Made by a program: the position numbers and the translations under genes
Source of the DNA: a virus
DNA: 64,000 bases
Strand: one strand, 5' to 3'
Virus record (IMG/VR): IMGVR_UViG_3300035190_001334
Span: 32,001-96,000 of that record
Notes under the pieces: model-generated
Told to the model about the DNA's origin: nothing
What the model saw: only the letters and a program-made list of their open reading frames with translations
Database searches by the model: none
Part shown: positions 29,240 to 39,327 of the stretch, piece after piece
Numbering within the stretch: position 1 is the first letter of the stretch
Layout of the letters: each line of letters opens with the position of its first letter

Positions 29240-32200
29240 TTAAGTGACATAACTCTTGGTCAAATCATTAAAGTCTCTACCGAACTTGGTAAATGCTTTC
29301 ACAGCTATATCATTGAATTGTTTCGAGATATCGCCAAATCTACCAGCAGCGTCTCCAGTTAGTGTAGTTTTCACACCGTCAATCGTGACTTGGTTGTTAA
29401 TTGTCAAGTTGAGGCTCTGTTGACCAGAAATTGAGCTAGTGGTTTGAGGCTTGTTAGGCGAAGCGTCACGAAAATCATTAGTAATCTTGCGAGTTTCTTT
29501 GTTTATCTGGTCTTGAAGTTGCTGTGCTTGCTGTTGAACGGAATCTCTAGTGCTGCCGCCAATAGTTTGCAGTTGTCTTTGAGTTGCCTCGAAGTCTGCC
29601 CCAAAGGGTGTACGGTTAGTGATATTTTGGATAGGCTGTTGAGTAGCAAAGCCAGTACTTAGTGCTTTACTAACAAGGTCAATAGATACCAAGCCACCAC
29701 TAGGGTTTCGTTGGGCAATATCGAGAATTTGACTCTGACCATTTAAGCCAATGTTGTTGATTTTGCTGAACGTATCTTGTCTTACAAAACTTTGCGTCTC
29801 CCTATTCAGAGCTAAGGAACCAAGAGTCTGTTTCTGAGCGTCAGCGATGTTTTTGGGGATGTCACCGATGAATTGATTTACACCACTAATGTCGCCAACT
29901 TGAATACCGCTACTTGGGTCAAGCTTAGAAACCAGTACCGATAGCAACTTAGTCTGAGTCAGCGCATTGACCAACATTGTCTCTTCAGTCTTTAGTTGTT
30001 GCTCCTGAACTTGAAGTGTGTTAAGTTCTTTCTCACCAGCACGACCAGCTTCATTCTTATCAGCCTGTGTTTTCTCGATAGTCGCAAGAATTTCGTTACG
30101 ACCAATAAGAGCTTGGGCAGCAGGATTATTTTGACCGAACAGACCGAGAACCGAAGAACTGAAACCTCGCGTAGCTTGATTGCTTTGGACTGTGGAAGCC
30201 TCTCTACGTCCTTGCAGGTCTAATCGAGCGTTAGCCAATGTTGCTACCTTCTCAAGCTTATCTGAGCCTTCCCTTGCTGTTGCCGAAAATCTTTCTAATG
30301 AAGCATTGACACCTTCAAGAATTGTTTTTTGCTTAATGTATTGGAAGTCACGGTCAGCTTCGGCTCTTGCAGTTTTAAGTTGGCGCTCAATGTCTGCTTG
30401 TTGCTTTTTAAGTTCAGGATTGTTAACTCCGTTCCTTGTCGCATCAGCATTAGCACTTGCAACTCGGTCACGAACTGCTTGAACAGTATTGACTCTGGCA
30501 GTTACTTTACTAATTTCCTTATTCGCATCAAGTAATAATTGGCTAGTTTTATCAGCTAGTTTTGCACCAATATTACTGAACACTGCACCAAGCGAAGAGG
30601 CAGAAAAGAGAGATGATGCAGTAGAGCCAAGTGAACTGAATGCGTCGCCTACTCCTTTTGAGATATCCGCAAGACGTTGTTGAGGTGCGAACGATGCATC
30701 AATGGCAGCTTCATTACGTGCAATAGTCTCGGCTAACGCGCCAATTTCTTGTTTGAGGCGATTAGCAACAACTGTGAACTTGAGGTCTTGTTCGGCTTGC
30801 TGGACAACTTTCTTGGCACTTTCGATATCAATGTTACCAACGCGCTCTTTTAGTTGGTCAGAGGCTCCAGTTATAGAGGTTTTTCTATTTTTGGCACTAT
30901 CTACTTTCTTTTGAAGGTCGTCTATTTCTTTTTTTGCGTTTTCTATCGCTTTTACAGTCAGTTCAGTTACTGCGGTAGAATTAAGTTTTCGAGAAACTCC
31001 TGTATTTAAAAAACTATTACCAACACTATCAGTGTTTACAAGCAAAGCGATTTTAGCATCAACCTCTTTTTGGACTCTATCTTCAAGCCTAAAACCAGTA
31101 TCACTTCTACCCTTTCTATTTGCGTAAGACTTGTCAACCTCTTCTCTAAAGAATTGCTCTTTTAGTGCTGGTAACGCCGAGGCATCTATTTTTATTTGCC
31201 CTTTCGATAATAATTGTTTACTCCTATCAACTTGACTCTGCGCTAAGTTTATATCTGCTTCTGCCCTAGCTGTTTCTTTAGCTACAGCCGCTTTGTCAGC
31301 TAAATTGATTTTGTTGTTTATGCCAAATTTAGACCCAGCATCCTTTTCAGAGATGTTGCCAGATTTGAGAACTTGTTGTAGCAGTTTTGTGCGATTGCCA
31401 ACCTCAGCTTGTGCCGCTTGTAAAATATTGCCCTTAGTTATTTCCTCTTCCCGCGCCGATATAGCTAAGGACTCTTGCTTGACAGACAATTCTTTTTCTG
31501 CCGCAGCCAGCTTTGCTTGCGCCAACGAGACTGACAACGAACCAAATTTACTTTCCTGAGCAAATGTGGAGACTATGTTTTTCTGCACCTCCAATAGCCC
31601 TTGATTGAAGCTGAGTAGTTGTTTACGCTTACCAAGTTCTTCGGTGATTTGCCCAGAGTTTTTGATATTAAAAGCTTCGGCACTAAGGTCAGCAATTTTA
31701 CTTAGTCGGTCTGCATAGTCTTGGGCGCTAATATTAGGTGCATCTAGAGACTTGCGAAGAGCATCGATGTTGCTTTGTATACCTTGAAGACTTCGTTTAG
31801 TAGATTGCCCGATAGCTTCTCCTCCAATTGCCCCAGCACTTGAAAGAACAGAAAAAAGTCTACCGTAAGAGTTTGTTACTGCATTGTTATAGCTAATTAT
31901 TTTGTCTGTAGCTACCTTGAAAGCCTCGTCCATAGCTCTTTGTGCAGTAGGGTCAGAAGCAACAAACTGCATTACCTTTACGTCTTCTGTAAGTCTTTTA
32001 AGACTGTTAATTGCTCCTTTGGGGTCAATATCAGCTTGTACAGTGATATTGCTCAATACACCTTGCAATTGAGGTAGAATTTTTGAGAACTCTTCAATAT
32101 CAACTTTAGACAGGTCAATTTTATCTATTGTGAATATTTTGTCAAGTGTCTGCTTAAGCTGCGTAAACTGAGCTTTAGATGAACTATTGAAAGATACACT

Positions 32201-34915
32201 TGTACTGATTGCAATAGGTACTGCACTATCAAAAGACTGTAATCTTCTCAACTGACTAGTCAGAAGAATACGTTTTTGTTCAATGTCAGCCGCTTTTTTT
32301 TGTTGTTCAGCTTGTTTTTTTAGTGATTCAAGCTGCTCTTGAAACTCTTGGACTCTTTCGCGACTACCAACTCCACCTTTCTCTTCTTCAGCTTTTATTT
32401 TTGACTGAACAGTAGCTACACGTTTTTCAATGATGTCTTTTTGAGCTTGAAATGAATTTCTAACGGCTTGTACATCTTCTTCATTAAGAACAATACCAAG
32501 TTGAATTTTTTGCTTGGCAGTTTTTTCAGCGTCAGTTACAGCCTTGAAATTACCAGACTTGATACCAGCTTGGTCGGTATTGACTTGAGATGTTAAAAGT
32601 GAAGTAGCTCTATCTGCTTCGCGTTGAAATCGGTCATTTTGAGCAGCATTGCCATTAAGAATATTGAAACTTTGCCCTAAATTACTGATAATAGTATTCA
32701 GAGCTTTTGCGTCAGAGCTTAGACCTTTAAGTTGGGTTCTTGAATCGCTTATCCCTTTTACAAATTCATCGAGTCCAGCAACACCTTTAAGCTCCTTTAG
32801 GTCGTTGGCTAGTTCTTTTACTTCAGGGATACTTGCTGCGTTAGCGTAAGCGTTAAATGAAGTCACACCACCCGCAAGAGCCGTGCCAAGTAGTGCAATT
32901 CCACCACCAACAAGTCCAGTTGATAGCCCAAAACTTAGTAGTTCCTTGGTTGCACCTCCGATTACGTTACGAATAGGAGCCGATGCATTGTAAAGTTTAC
33001 CGACAGCACCCGTAGTCTTGTCAAAACTTTCTTTTGTGCTTGCGATGAAGTTCTTGTTCGTTGGTGTCTCAACAATCACATTAGGATTTACTAACGCTTT
33101 TGCCCCACCTTTAGTAACTTCTTTACCTACATTGGAAATCTCTTCATTGACTTGCTGGACAATACCCTTGACCTTGGAGACAACTGCTTTGGCAATTCTC
33201 ACAATTGCAGCTTCTATTTTTTGTGCGAGAGTTTCGTACTTTATATCACCATCGTCAAGTTTGAGGGCTTGCTTGATTGTTTGACCTAAGCGACCAAGAT
33301 TCTTGAACAGAAAAGAGAAAAATGCAAGTGGAGCGACCACACTGAATACGCTACCGATGAATCCAGAGACAGCCTGAAACTTATTGGCAATTCCGTCAAG
33401 CTGACCTGCAAATGAGCCAAAACTGCTACTACTCTTAGTTGCAAGAACTCCTAGCAAAGTATTTGTATCTTGCAGATTCTTTTTGACAGATTCTCCTACA
33501 CCAGAGCCGAAATCTTCGACCGCAGCTTGTGATTTGTTGAACGAAGACCTAAACGCACCTTCAAGAGTTTCACCACGCTCCTTAGCGCTTTGCTTCAGCT
33601 TGTCCTGACCAATGCTGCTACCTGCTTCATCAATAGTTTGTCGGAAGCTTTTACGATTCTCTCCGCCAGACTGCAACAATGCGTTCGCCGCCTTGACTGC
33701 TTCACTCGAACTGAAAATTCTATTAAGAGCATCCCGACTTCCGCCAGTAGCTTTGCCCAAACGCTCGATAATGCTAATCAGACCATCTTGCTTGAGCGCC
33801 CCAAAACCAAATTGAATTGGCTTACCAGCTTCATCTCTGAGAATACCTAAAGCTTCCTGCGCCTTTGAGCTATTATTAACAATCTCAGAAACAAGCGAAC
33901 GAATCGCAGTTGAACCTTCGCCAGCAGATAGACCTTGTGTAGTGACAAGAGCCAAAGCCGTAGCCATTTCCTCGAACGCAACACCAGCACCTACACCAGT
34001 TGACGCTAATTCAGCCGCTTCGCTGTTTAGCTGATTGAGGGTGAGAATACCTACCTTAGTAGTCGCAAAGAGTTGTGAAGCCCGTTTATCGGCATCTCTG
34101 AAGCTATCCCCTAAGTTCTTATTGGCAGAAAGAATCTTGACAATCCCTTGATTGGTTCCTTCAATATCAGCAAAACCAACTTCAGATAGGTTGATAGACG
34201 CGCTACCAACACTTTTTTGAGCTAGTTTGGAGGCAAAACCCGCAGAAGCAACGTCATACTGAGCATTGAGGGTCTGTGTAGAGTTTGTGGCAAAATTTGT
34301 CTCACGTTGTAATTCGCGCAAAGCCTTGATACGAGCGCCAACCGCACTGAGAGCAGATTCCTCGCTAGTGGTTGTTATTGTGGCAAGACGAAATGCAGCA
34401 CTCTCAACTTTGCTATACGCAGCAACCGCGCCGATAGACCATTTTTGGTATGAACTGTTGTCGAAGATAATTTGGCTGGCAGTACTAATGCGATTGAATA
34501 CACCGTCAGTAGTCTCTTCAAGAATCTTGATGTTCGCACCAAACTCTTTTGTGCCAAGAATTGCTTCGCTGAAATCTAGACTCTTACTGATACCGACTAA
34601 GTTCTTGACAGAAGTATAAGCGCCATCTACAATGCTTTTTGCGCCTTGAATCTTGTTGAATGCACTGCTGATGTTGGCTACAGCAAACGTGGCATTTATA
34701 GCGATGGAGCCGAGCGCACCAAGAGAAGCACCTAATTTAGCCGTCTGACTAATATTAGATGCCCAAGTACCCGACAATTTAGTGAGACTTTTATCAAGTT
34801 CAGCAACGTTGCCGAGCGTACCCCGAATATCCTCGCCAATGTTTAGAGTGCCTTTATTAAGCGCATCTTTAATTGCTGACTGAGATGGGGATGTATCTAT
34901 TGAGGGTGCTGCCAT
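29240..34915 (-). CDS. Tail tape measure protein
   Basis: 1891 aa, helical, with a TP901-like core (YDVASAGF...QLFATTKVG.LTLNQL...GVAFEEMATALALVTTQGLSAGEGSTAIRS) and hydrophobic segments. Confidence 0.9.
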   Translation of the reverse strand: MAAPSIDTSPSQSAIKDALNKGTLNIGEDIRGTLGNVAELDKSLTKLSGTWASNISQTAKLGASLGALGSIAINATFAVANISSAFNKIQGAKSIVDGAYTSVKNLVGISKSLDFSEAILGTKEFGANIKILEETTDGVFNRISTASQIIFDNSSYQKWSIGAVAAYSKVESAAFRLATITTTSEESALSAVGARIKALRELQRETNFATNSTQTLNAQYDVASAGFASKLAQKSVGSASINLSEVGFADIEGTNQGIVKILSANKNLGDSFRDADKRASQLFATTKVGILTLNQLNSEAAELASTGVGAGVAFEEMATALALVTTQGLSAGEGSTAIRSLVSEIVNNSSKAQEALGILRDEAGKPIQFGFGALKQDGLISIIERLGKATGGSRDALNRIFSSSEAVKAANALLQSGGENRKSFRQTIDEAGSSIGQDKLKQSAKERGETLEGAFRSSFNKSQAAVEDFGSGVGESVKKNLQDTNTLLGVLATKSSSSFGSFAGQLDGIANKFQAVSGFIGSVFSVVAPLAFFSFLFKNLGRLGQTIKQALKLDDGDIKYETLAQKIEAAIVRIAKAVVSKVKGIVQQVNEEISNVGKEVTKGGAKALVNPNVIVETPTNKNFIASTKESFDKTTGAVGKLYNASAPIRNVIGGATKELLSFGLSTGLVGGGIALLGTALAGGVTSFNAYANAASIPEVKELANDLKELKGVAGLDEFVKGISDSRTQLKGLSSDAKALNTIISNLGQSFNILNGNAAQNDRFQREADRATSLLTSQVNTDQAGIKSGNFKAVTDAEKTAKQKIQLGIVLNEEDVQAVRNSFQAQKDIIEKRVATVQSKIKAEEEKGGVGSRERVQEFQEQLESLKKQAEQQKKAADIEQKRILLTSQLRRLQSFDSAVPIAISTSVSFNSSSKAQFTQLKQTLDKIFTIDKIDLSKVDIEEFSKILPQLQGVLSNITVQADIDPKGAINSLKRLTEDVKVMQFVASDPTAQRAMDEAFKVATDKIISYNNAVTNSYGRLFSVLSSAGAIGGEAIGQSTKRSLQGIQSNIDALRKSLDAPNISAQDYADRLSKIADLSAEAFNIKNSGQITEELGKRKQLLSFNQGLLEVQKNIVSTFAQESKFGSLSVSLAQAKLAAAEKELSVKQESLAISAREEEITKGNILQAAQAEVGNRTKLLQQVLKSGNISEKDAGSKFGINNKINLADKAAVAKETARAEADINLAQSQVDRSKQLLSKGQIKIDASALPALKEQFFREEVDKSYANRKGRSDTGFRLEDRVQKEVDAKIALLVNTDSVGNSFLNTGVSRKLNSTAVTELTVKAIENAKKEIDDLQKKVDSAKNRKTSITGASDQLKERVGNIDIESAKKVVQQAEQDLKFTVVANRLKQEIGALAETIARNEAAIDASFAPQQRLADISKGVGDAFSSLGSTASSLFSASSLGAVFSNIGAKLADKTSQLLLDANKEISKVTARVNTVQAVRDRVASANADATRNGVNNPELKKQQADIERQLKTARAEADRDFQYIKQKTILEGVNASLERFSATAREGSDKLEKVATLANARLDLQGRREASTVQSNQATRGFSSSVLGLFGQNNPAAQALIGRNEILATIEKTQADKNEAGRAGEKELNTLQVQEQQLKTEETMLVNALTQTKLLSVLVSKLDPSSGIQVGDISGVNQFIGDIPKNIADAQKQTLGSLALNRETQSFVRQDTFSKINNIGLNGQSQILDIAQRNPSGGLVSIDLVSKALSTGFATQQPIQNITNRTPFGADFEATQRQLQTIGGSTRDSVQQQAQQLQDQINKETRKITNDFRDASPNKPQTTSSISGQQSLNLTINNQVTIDGVKTTLTGDAAGRFGDISKQFNDIAVKAFTKFGRDFNDLTKSYVT

Positions 34916-34970
34916 GTTGCCTTACACTTCTTTTCCACTAACGTAGTTGCCTCCAATCATTGTATCATCG

Positions 34971-35423
34971 CTACTGATTGAAGAAGTCGAAGCTGTATTT
35001 CTTGATGCCTCTCAGGGTTCGCTTGTCTAGATTTTCCCAAGGTATTTGCTTATTGCCTAAATTGTCCAACAACTCGTTGAACTTCTGGTTTTTTATTTCT
35101 TGCAGCTTGATATCAGGAGAATACGAAGCTTCGCGTTTGAGGGCTAAAAGTGTCCGAATCTCCCAATAGTCAAGAGTGCGCCATAGCTCCAGAGCGTTCT
35201 CTGGATATGCAGAAAGAAGACAGTCAAGAATTACATCACTGACTTCAAATTCTACAGGGTCTTTGAACTGCGGGAAATTTAGTTCGGTAAGTCTTCGGTT
35301 GGTTTTGGCTTGTAGGTTTCGACTAGACTTTCGATTTCCTTCTCCCGTTCTAGAAGAAGTTTGCCCTGATTCAGTTTCCACTGATGGTAATGGTTCTGAA
35401 GGTGTAGCTCGAAGGGCAAAAAA
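34971..35423 (-). CDS. Tail assembly chaperone gpT-like extension (probably expressed by -1 frameshift)
   Basis: The -1 frame relative to 35279..35800 is open through the slippery T-TTT-TTG at 35417-35423; directly upstream of the tape measure. Confidence 0.65.
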   Translation of the reverse strand, partial: FFALRATPSEPLPSVETESGQTSSRTGEGNRKSSRNLQAKTNRRLTELNFPQFKDPVEFEVSDVILDCLLSAYPENALELWRTLDYWEIRTLLALKREASYSPDIKLQEIKNQKFNELLDNLGNKQIPWENLDKRTLRGIKKYSFDFFNQ

Positions 35424-35800
35424 TGTAGCTTGCTGACCTCTGGTTCTGTAGTGCTTTCAACTTTGCGGGTCTTTTCGTCAATGGAGCCGTTGAATACTAA
35501 GCGAACGAGTTGTTCCCAGTTTTCCTTGAGGTCTTCATAGTCCAAATAGGCTTCGTCTTCGCCTTGAATTGGTAACAGTCCCAAATACTCTTTGATGAGT
35601 GCAACAATGTCGTCCTGAATAAATAACTCGGAAATGGCTCCGTTTACTTCAAGATACTTGCCTACTAACTCACCTTGAAGTTCAATTAGGCGTTTTAAAT
35701 TGCTTTGCGGAGTACGTCTTACGCGAACTTTTTTGCCGCTATCTAGAACGACCTCTAGGGTTTGGTAGGATGGTTTGTTTAATGTCGAGGAGCTTGCCAT
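35279..35800 (-). CDS. Tail assembly chaperone (gpG-like)
   Basis: Position and overlapping second frame. Confidence 0.65.
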   Translation of the reverse strand: MASSSTLNKPSYQTLEVVLDSGKKVRVRRTPQSNLKRLIELQGELVGKYLEVNGAISELFIQDDIVALIKEYLGLLPIQGEDEAYLDYEDLKENWEQLVRLVFNGSIDEKTRKVESTTEPEVSKLHFLPFELHLQNHYHQWKLNQGKLLLEREKEIESLVETYKPKPTEDLPN

Positions 35801-36167
35801 AAAATTGTCCTAATTGTGTTTTTTCGTTGAGTGTTGATTTGTTTTGCACCGACAGCTTTGGTTGAAAAGCGTAAAGTGCCTTGTAGCCGTAAGATTCGTT
35901 GCGTGGGTCTTCTTTCTGATGTATAGACCGAAGAAAGAAAGAGCATATCCTACCATCAAAAGCCATCACATAGAAAAACAAGTCAAATATGTAATCCAAT
36001 ATGAGTGGACTTTCGTAATAATTAGCATAGCATATCTCTATTGTCGCTTTGTCTGAGTCAACAACAATATGGTAAGGGGCAGGGAACGTAAAAAAATCGC
36101 TATCCAAACTCCTGACAAAGAGGTTAGAGATAGCGAAATATTTAGTACCTTCACATTCGATACTCAT
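35739..36167 (-). CDS. Hypothetical tail-region protein
   Basis: 142-aa ORF in the operon. Confidence 0.5.
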   Translation of the reverse strand: MSIECEGTKYFAISNLFVRSLDSDFFTFPAPYHIVVDSDKATIEICYANYYESPLILDYIFDLFFYVMAFDGRICSFFLRSIHQKEDPRNESYGYKALYAFQPKLSVQNKSTLNEKTQLGQFYGKLLDIKQTILPNPRGRSR

Positions 36168-36173
36168 TTAAGT

Positions 36174-37025
36174 TTATGCGCCAGTAGGAGCAGCTACACC
36201 AGCTTTGGTACGATAGTTGTTGAGGTCGATTTGATACTGACCGATGTTGCTGTAAGTCAAGGCTGAGTAGTTCAGACCATTAAAACCTTCAGTGCTACCG
36301 ACAACCTGAGAACCGTCAAGAGTTGCAGAAGAAATGCTGAGAGTGGCTTTTGCATTTACTGCGTTATCAACAGGAGTTAAGCGAAGAACTGTTAACACGC
36401 CATCAACTGCACCGCCCTTTATGGTGACGTTGCCAGCTACGCCTGTGGTCGCTACTGTGCTGTCGAAGTCGATTTCGTTGGGGTTAGCTACGGCAGTGGA
36501 CTTACGGACTGCTGTGACGCGAATCTTGGGGGTTACAGAGACGCTTGCAACTTTACTTTCGGTAAGGGCTTTGTCAATGTAGATTTTACGGGCTGCGTAG
36601 TCGATTTTGGTGACAATTGTATTACTAGGAATACCTGTGCCAGCAGAAGCTACGGTAATTGCATCCCCAGACTTCACACCTAAGTTGGTGCTGTTGTAGT
36701 TTTCGTCATAAGTAATTTCCTTCAATCCAGAAGCCAAATAGACGTTATTAACCGCTACGTTGCTTTTTGCAGTCAAGGAACCAGTCGCAACTGCGGTAAT
36801 AAAATCACCAACACGAACTTTATCGAATGCACCAGCAACTTCAGCTTTTAGTTTGGATTGGGTAGCGATAGGAATGACAGATGCGGTGATGTCAGCTTGT
36901 GCAACAGCGATAGTTACAGGAACGTACTCAGAGTCACCAATTGTTTTGATTGGGTTTGTGCTGAGGTCGAGGGTTGTAAGTACTGTAGGATTAGCTACTC
37001 CTAAAGCAATTTGAATGTTTGACAT
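36174..37025 (-). CDS. Tail structural protein (candidate major tail protein)
   Basis: T/A/V-rich 283 aa between connector genes and chaperones; own promoter-like element. Confidence 0.45.
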   Translation of the reverse strand: MSNIQIALGVANPTVLTTLDLSTNPIKTIGDSEYVPVTIAVAQADITASVIPIATQSKLKAEVAGAFDKVRVGDFITAVATGSLTAKSNVAVNNVYLASGLKEITYDENYNSTNLGVKSGDAITVASAGTGIPSNTIVTKIDYAARKIYIDKALTESKVASVSVTPKIRVTAVRKSTAVANPNEIDFDSTVATTGVAGNVTIKGGAVDGVLTVLRLTPVDNAVNAKATLSISSATLDGSQVVGSTEGFNGLNYSALTYSNIGQYQIDLNNYRTKAGVAAPTGA

Positions 37026-37064
37026 AGTTATTTGTTCTTAACGTTAAGATTTAGTTTAATTATA

Positions 37065-37547
37065 TCAGTACGCAAATACCGCGCAATTTATCTTGGCTAA
37101 GTCGAATATTCTATCAGTTTTATCAACCGACTCATATCTGATAATAATCCCTTGTTCTTTGTCAATAGTAAAAGGTATATTGTCATCAACCTCACTATTT
37201 TGAAGTATACGACAAATTTCTTTAGCTACATGGTGAGTTAATCCTGAAGCTGAGTCTGTATGCTTGTACGACAATACATAAGCAATTGTAAGGCTAATTA
37301 CATTACCTGCGCCAATAGGGAACAAAAAAGACTCCTCATTACGAAATATCTTCAGCAGTGGGTAGATATTCGTCCCTAGAGGCAGTTTGTTGGTGTTGTC
37401 TACTGTATAACTGGAAATAGCTGATTTGCCGCCTAAAGGCGTACTGAACGTAATATTAACCTCATTTCTAATGTACGCCGCAATTGTCTGAAGGTCTACG
37501 TCAGGAAACTTAAAATCGATTGGGTAAGTGGGACGGTCTATGAACAT
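37065..37547 (-). CDS. Tail completion/terminator-like protein
   Basis: Size, position and YPLLKIFR segment. Confidence 0.45.
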   Translation of the reverse strand: MFIDRPTYPIDFKFPDVDLQTIAAYIRNEVNITFSTPLGGKSAISSYTVDNTNKLPLGTNIYPLLKIFRNEESFLFPIGAGNVISLTIAYVLSYKHTDSASGLTHHVAKEICRILQNSEVDDNIPFTIDKEQGIIIRYESVDKTDRIFDLAKINCAVFAY

Positions 37548-37556
37548 GGCTTCGCT

Positions 37557-38258
37557 CTACCAAAAACTGATTGTATCTTGATTGCGATAATTACCAGAAG
37601 GAGGAATGTACCGAGCGCGTCGAGTCTGTACTCCATCTATAACGAAGTCACTATCGTTAGTACCAACAACATCATTGAAATCGTCAGCACAATAAAAACT
37701 AGGCTCGATGTTTAAGTTCTTCTTGAAAATATCTGTGTCGCTTGTGCCGTCATTGTTAAAGTCATAACCAATGAAGGCTTTGAGTTCTTCACCAGCCAGT
37801 ACGATGTTTTTGTTTTGTTGTTGCTGAGCGTTAGGGTCATTTTGAATAGCTTGAAGTGCTGCGTTTGCACCAGCTACGAAGATGCCAGTACCCGCAAATA
37901 GCGATTGCAGCCTATCTAAGCCACGTTGCAGTGTTATTTGGCTAAATCCATCATTGTTAGCTTCACCGTCGGTCTGACGAGGAAATTTGAAGTCAATGAT
38001 TTTGGCAATTGCGATATCTTCAGCAATCATTTTCAGATAGTTGACTGTAGATGCCTCGGTAAGCTTAAGAGGGAACACATAAATCATTTGAAGATATGTG
38101 TCGATGTCACCTGATTCAATTTCGTCTACAAGCATCTCGACAGTTTCAGTATCAATCTCTTGGGTAGCGATACCAGTGATGCCAGATGTCTCGAAAGGCA
38201 CAACTTCGAGGCGACCTTTTAGCTTTTTTGTTAATGAGGAGATGTTTGCGTATTTCAT
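37557..38258 (-). CDS. Head-tail adaptor (Mu gp36-like)
   Basis: MKYA.I..L, IDTYL...YVFPL, L..IAEDIA pattern. Confidence 0.6.
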   Translation of the reverse strand: MKYANISSLTKKLKGRLEVVPFETSGITGIATQEIDTETVEMLVDEIESGDIDTYLQMIYVFPLKLTEASTVNYLKMIAEDIAIAKIIDFKFPRQTDGEANNDGFSQITLQRGLDRLQSLFAGTGIFVAGANAALQAIQNDPNAQQQQNKNIVLAGEELKAFIGYDFNNDGTSDTDIFKKNLNIEPSFYCADDFNDVVGTNDSDFVIDGVQTRRARYIPPSGNYRNQDTISFW

Positions 38259-38266
38259 AACTGCGT

Positions 38267-38794
38267 TTAGCCGTAAAGTAGTTTTCCGACATAGGGGAGA
38301 TAGCCTTGACGAATAGCAGACTTACCTTCGCGGAATGTGTCTAGTTTGGCTCGATAGTTGGCTCTGGCGTTGGCACTCTCACGAATTTTATTCTTAGCTT
38401 CGATTTCTCGCTGCCGATGGATAGCTTCGTTGATTTGTTGGTCAGTCATCTCTGCTAACTCATCATCGGGGATATCATCGATGGAGTAATATCTTTGGCG
38501 ACCAGTTAAGTTTAGGAACTCGGCTACTCGTTGATTGTCAGGGGCAGAAAAAGGAGATGAGTAGTTACCTAGCCCAAAATTAGCTAAATTAGTGTTCATA
38601 AATGCGAATGTCATGTTCTTGCCCATACCTGCTGAGATTACACCTTTGCGGCGCTTTACTACTGGTGCTGTGAAACCGCCACTTTTCTTGTTGGTCGCGC
38701 CCATACGAGCTTGGGGCAATCGCTCTCCGAAGAGTGGCTTCATTGCCCCTTGTTTCATCTTGGGTAGGTTTGGCGCTTTAAGCTGATTTTCCAT
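38267..38794 (-). CDS. Basic protein with ANF/AEF motifs; putative internal head protein
   Basis: FMNTNLANF and FSAPDNQRVAEF. Confidence 0.55.
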   Translation of the reverse strand: MENQLKAPNLPKMKQGAMKPLFGERLPQARMGATNKKSGGFTAPVVKRRKGVISAGMGKNMTFAFMNTNLANFGLGNYSSPFSAPDNQRVAEFLNLTGRQRYYSIDDIPDDELAEMTDQQINEAIHRQREIEAKNKIRESANARANYRAKLDTFREGKSAIRQGYLPYVGKLLYG

Positions 38795-39305
38795 TTGTGG
38801 TTTCTGCGGTGTAGCCGAATGTCTTGAGTCCTTCGTAGACTAGACCATGAGTAGGGTCGGGCAGTTCAAAGTCGATAACGGCAATGTCTTCCCATTTCTT
38901 GCCGCCCTTGAGTGGAGCGATGCGGTCTAGTTGTGCGTATGATTCAATTTTAGCATCTTTACGAGCTTCGGTGATTTTTTGGGTTGCTACTTTGCCGACG
39001 AACTTGAGGGCTTCAATTTCGGAAGGTTCTGCGGAATTGATTTTCAGCTTTTTGACTGTGTGGATTGTGGTTGTGTTGTCGAAGGTCAGGTCGTTGCTAG
39101 GGATGAAGGAGATATCAGGATTGAGGTTGGTGGGAGTAACGGCTTGGAACTCACTAGCGTTGACCAGAACTGCGGTAGATTTAGTTCTGGCTTCTACAAT
39201 GTCAATTTCTGTTTCACTGTAGATACCCTCTGGGACTACAAATCCCTCATAATTTATATATGCGGGAAAAATACGATATTGCTTTGGAGGTGTTTTGGGA
39301 ATCAT
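38778..39305 (-). CDS. Helix-hairpin-helix (ComEA-like) DNA-binding domain protein
   Basis: KLKINSAEPSEIEALKFVGKVATQKITEAR...IESYAQLDRI; start set at MIPKTPP. Confidence 0.7.
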   Translation of the reverse strand: MIPKTPPKQYRIFPAYINYEGFVVPEGIYSETEIDIVEARTKSTAVLVNASEFQAVTPTNLNPDISFIPSNDLTFDNTTTIHTVKKLKINSAEPSEIEALKFVGKVATQKITEARKDAKIESYAQLDRIAPLKGGKKWEDIAVIDFELPDPTHGLVYEGLKTFGYTAETTNGKSA

Positions 39306-39327
39306 AGTTGTATAAGTGTAGATGTAT

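Noticed and set aside
29444-34619. Many plus-strand ORFs inside the tape measure gene, and similar antisense ORFs elsewhere
   Set aside because: Antisense shadows of long genuine genes with no recognisable motifs.
38778-39305. Photosystem II PsbU auxiliary gene
   Set aside because: Only the generic HhH pattern is shared; there is no signal peptide and the context is the head module.
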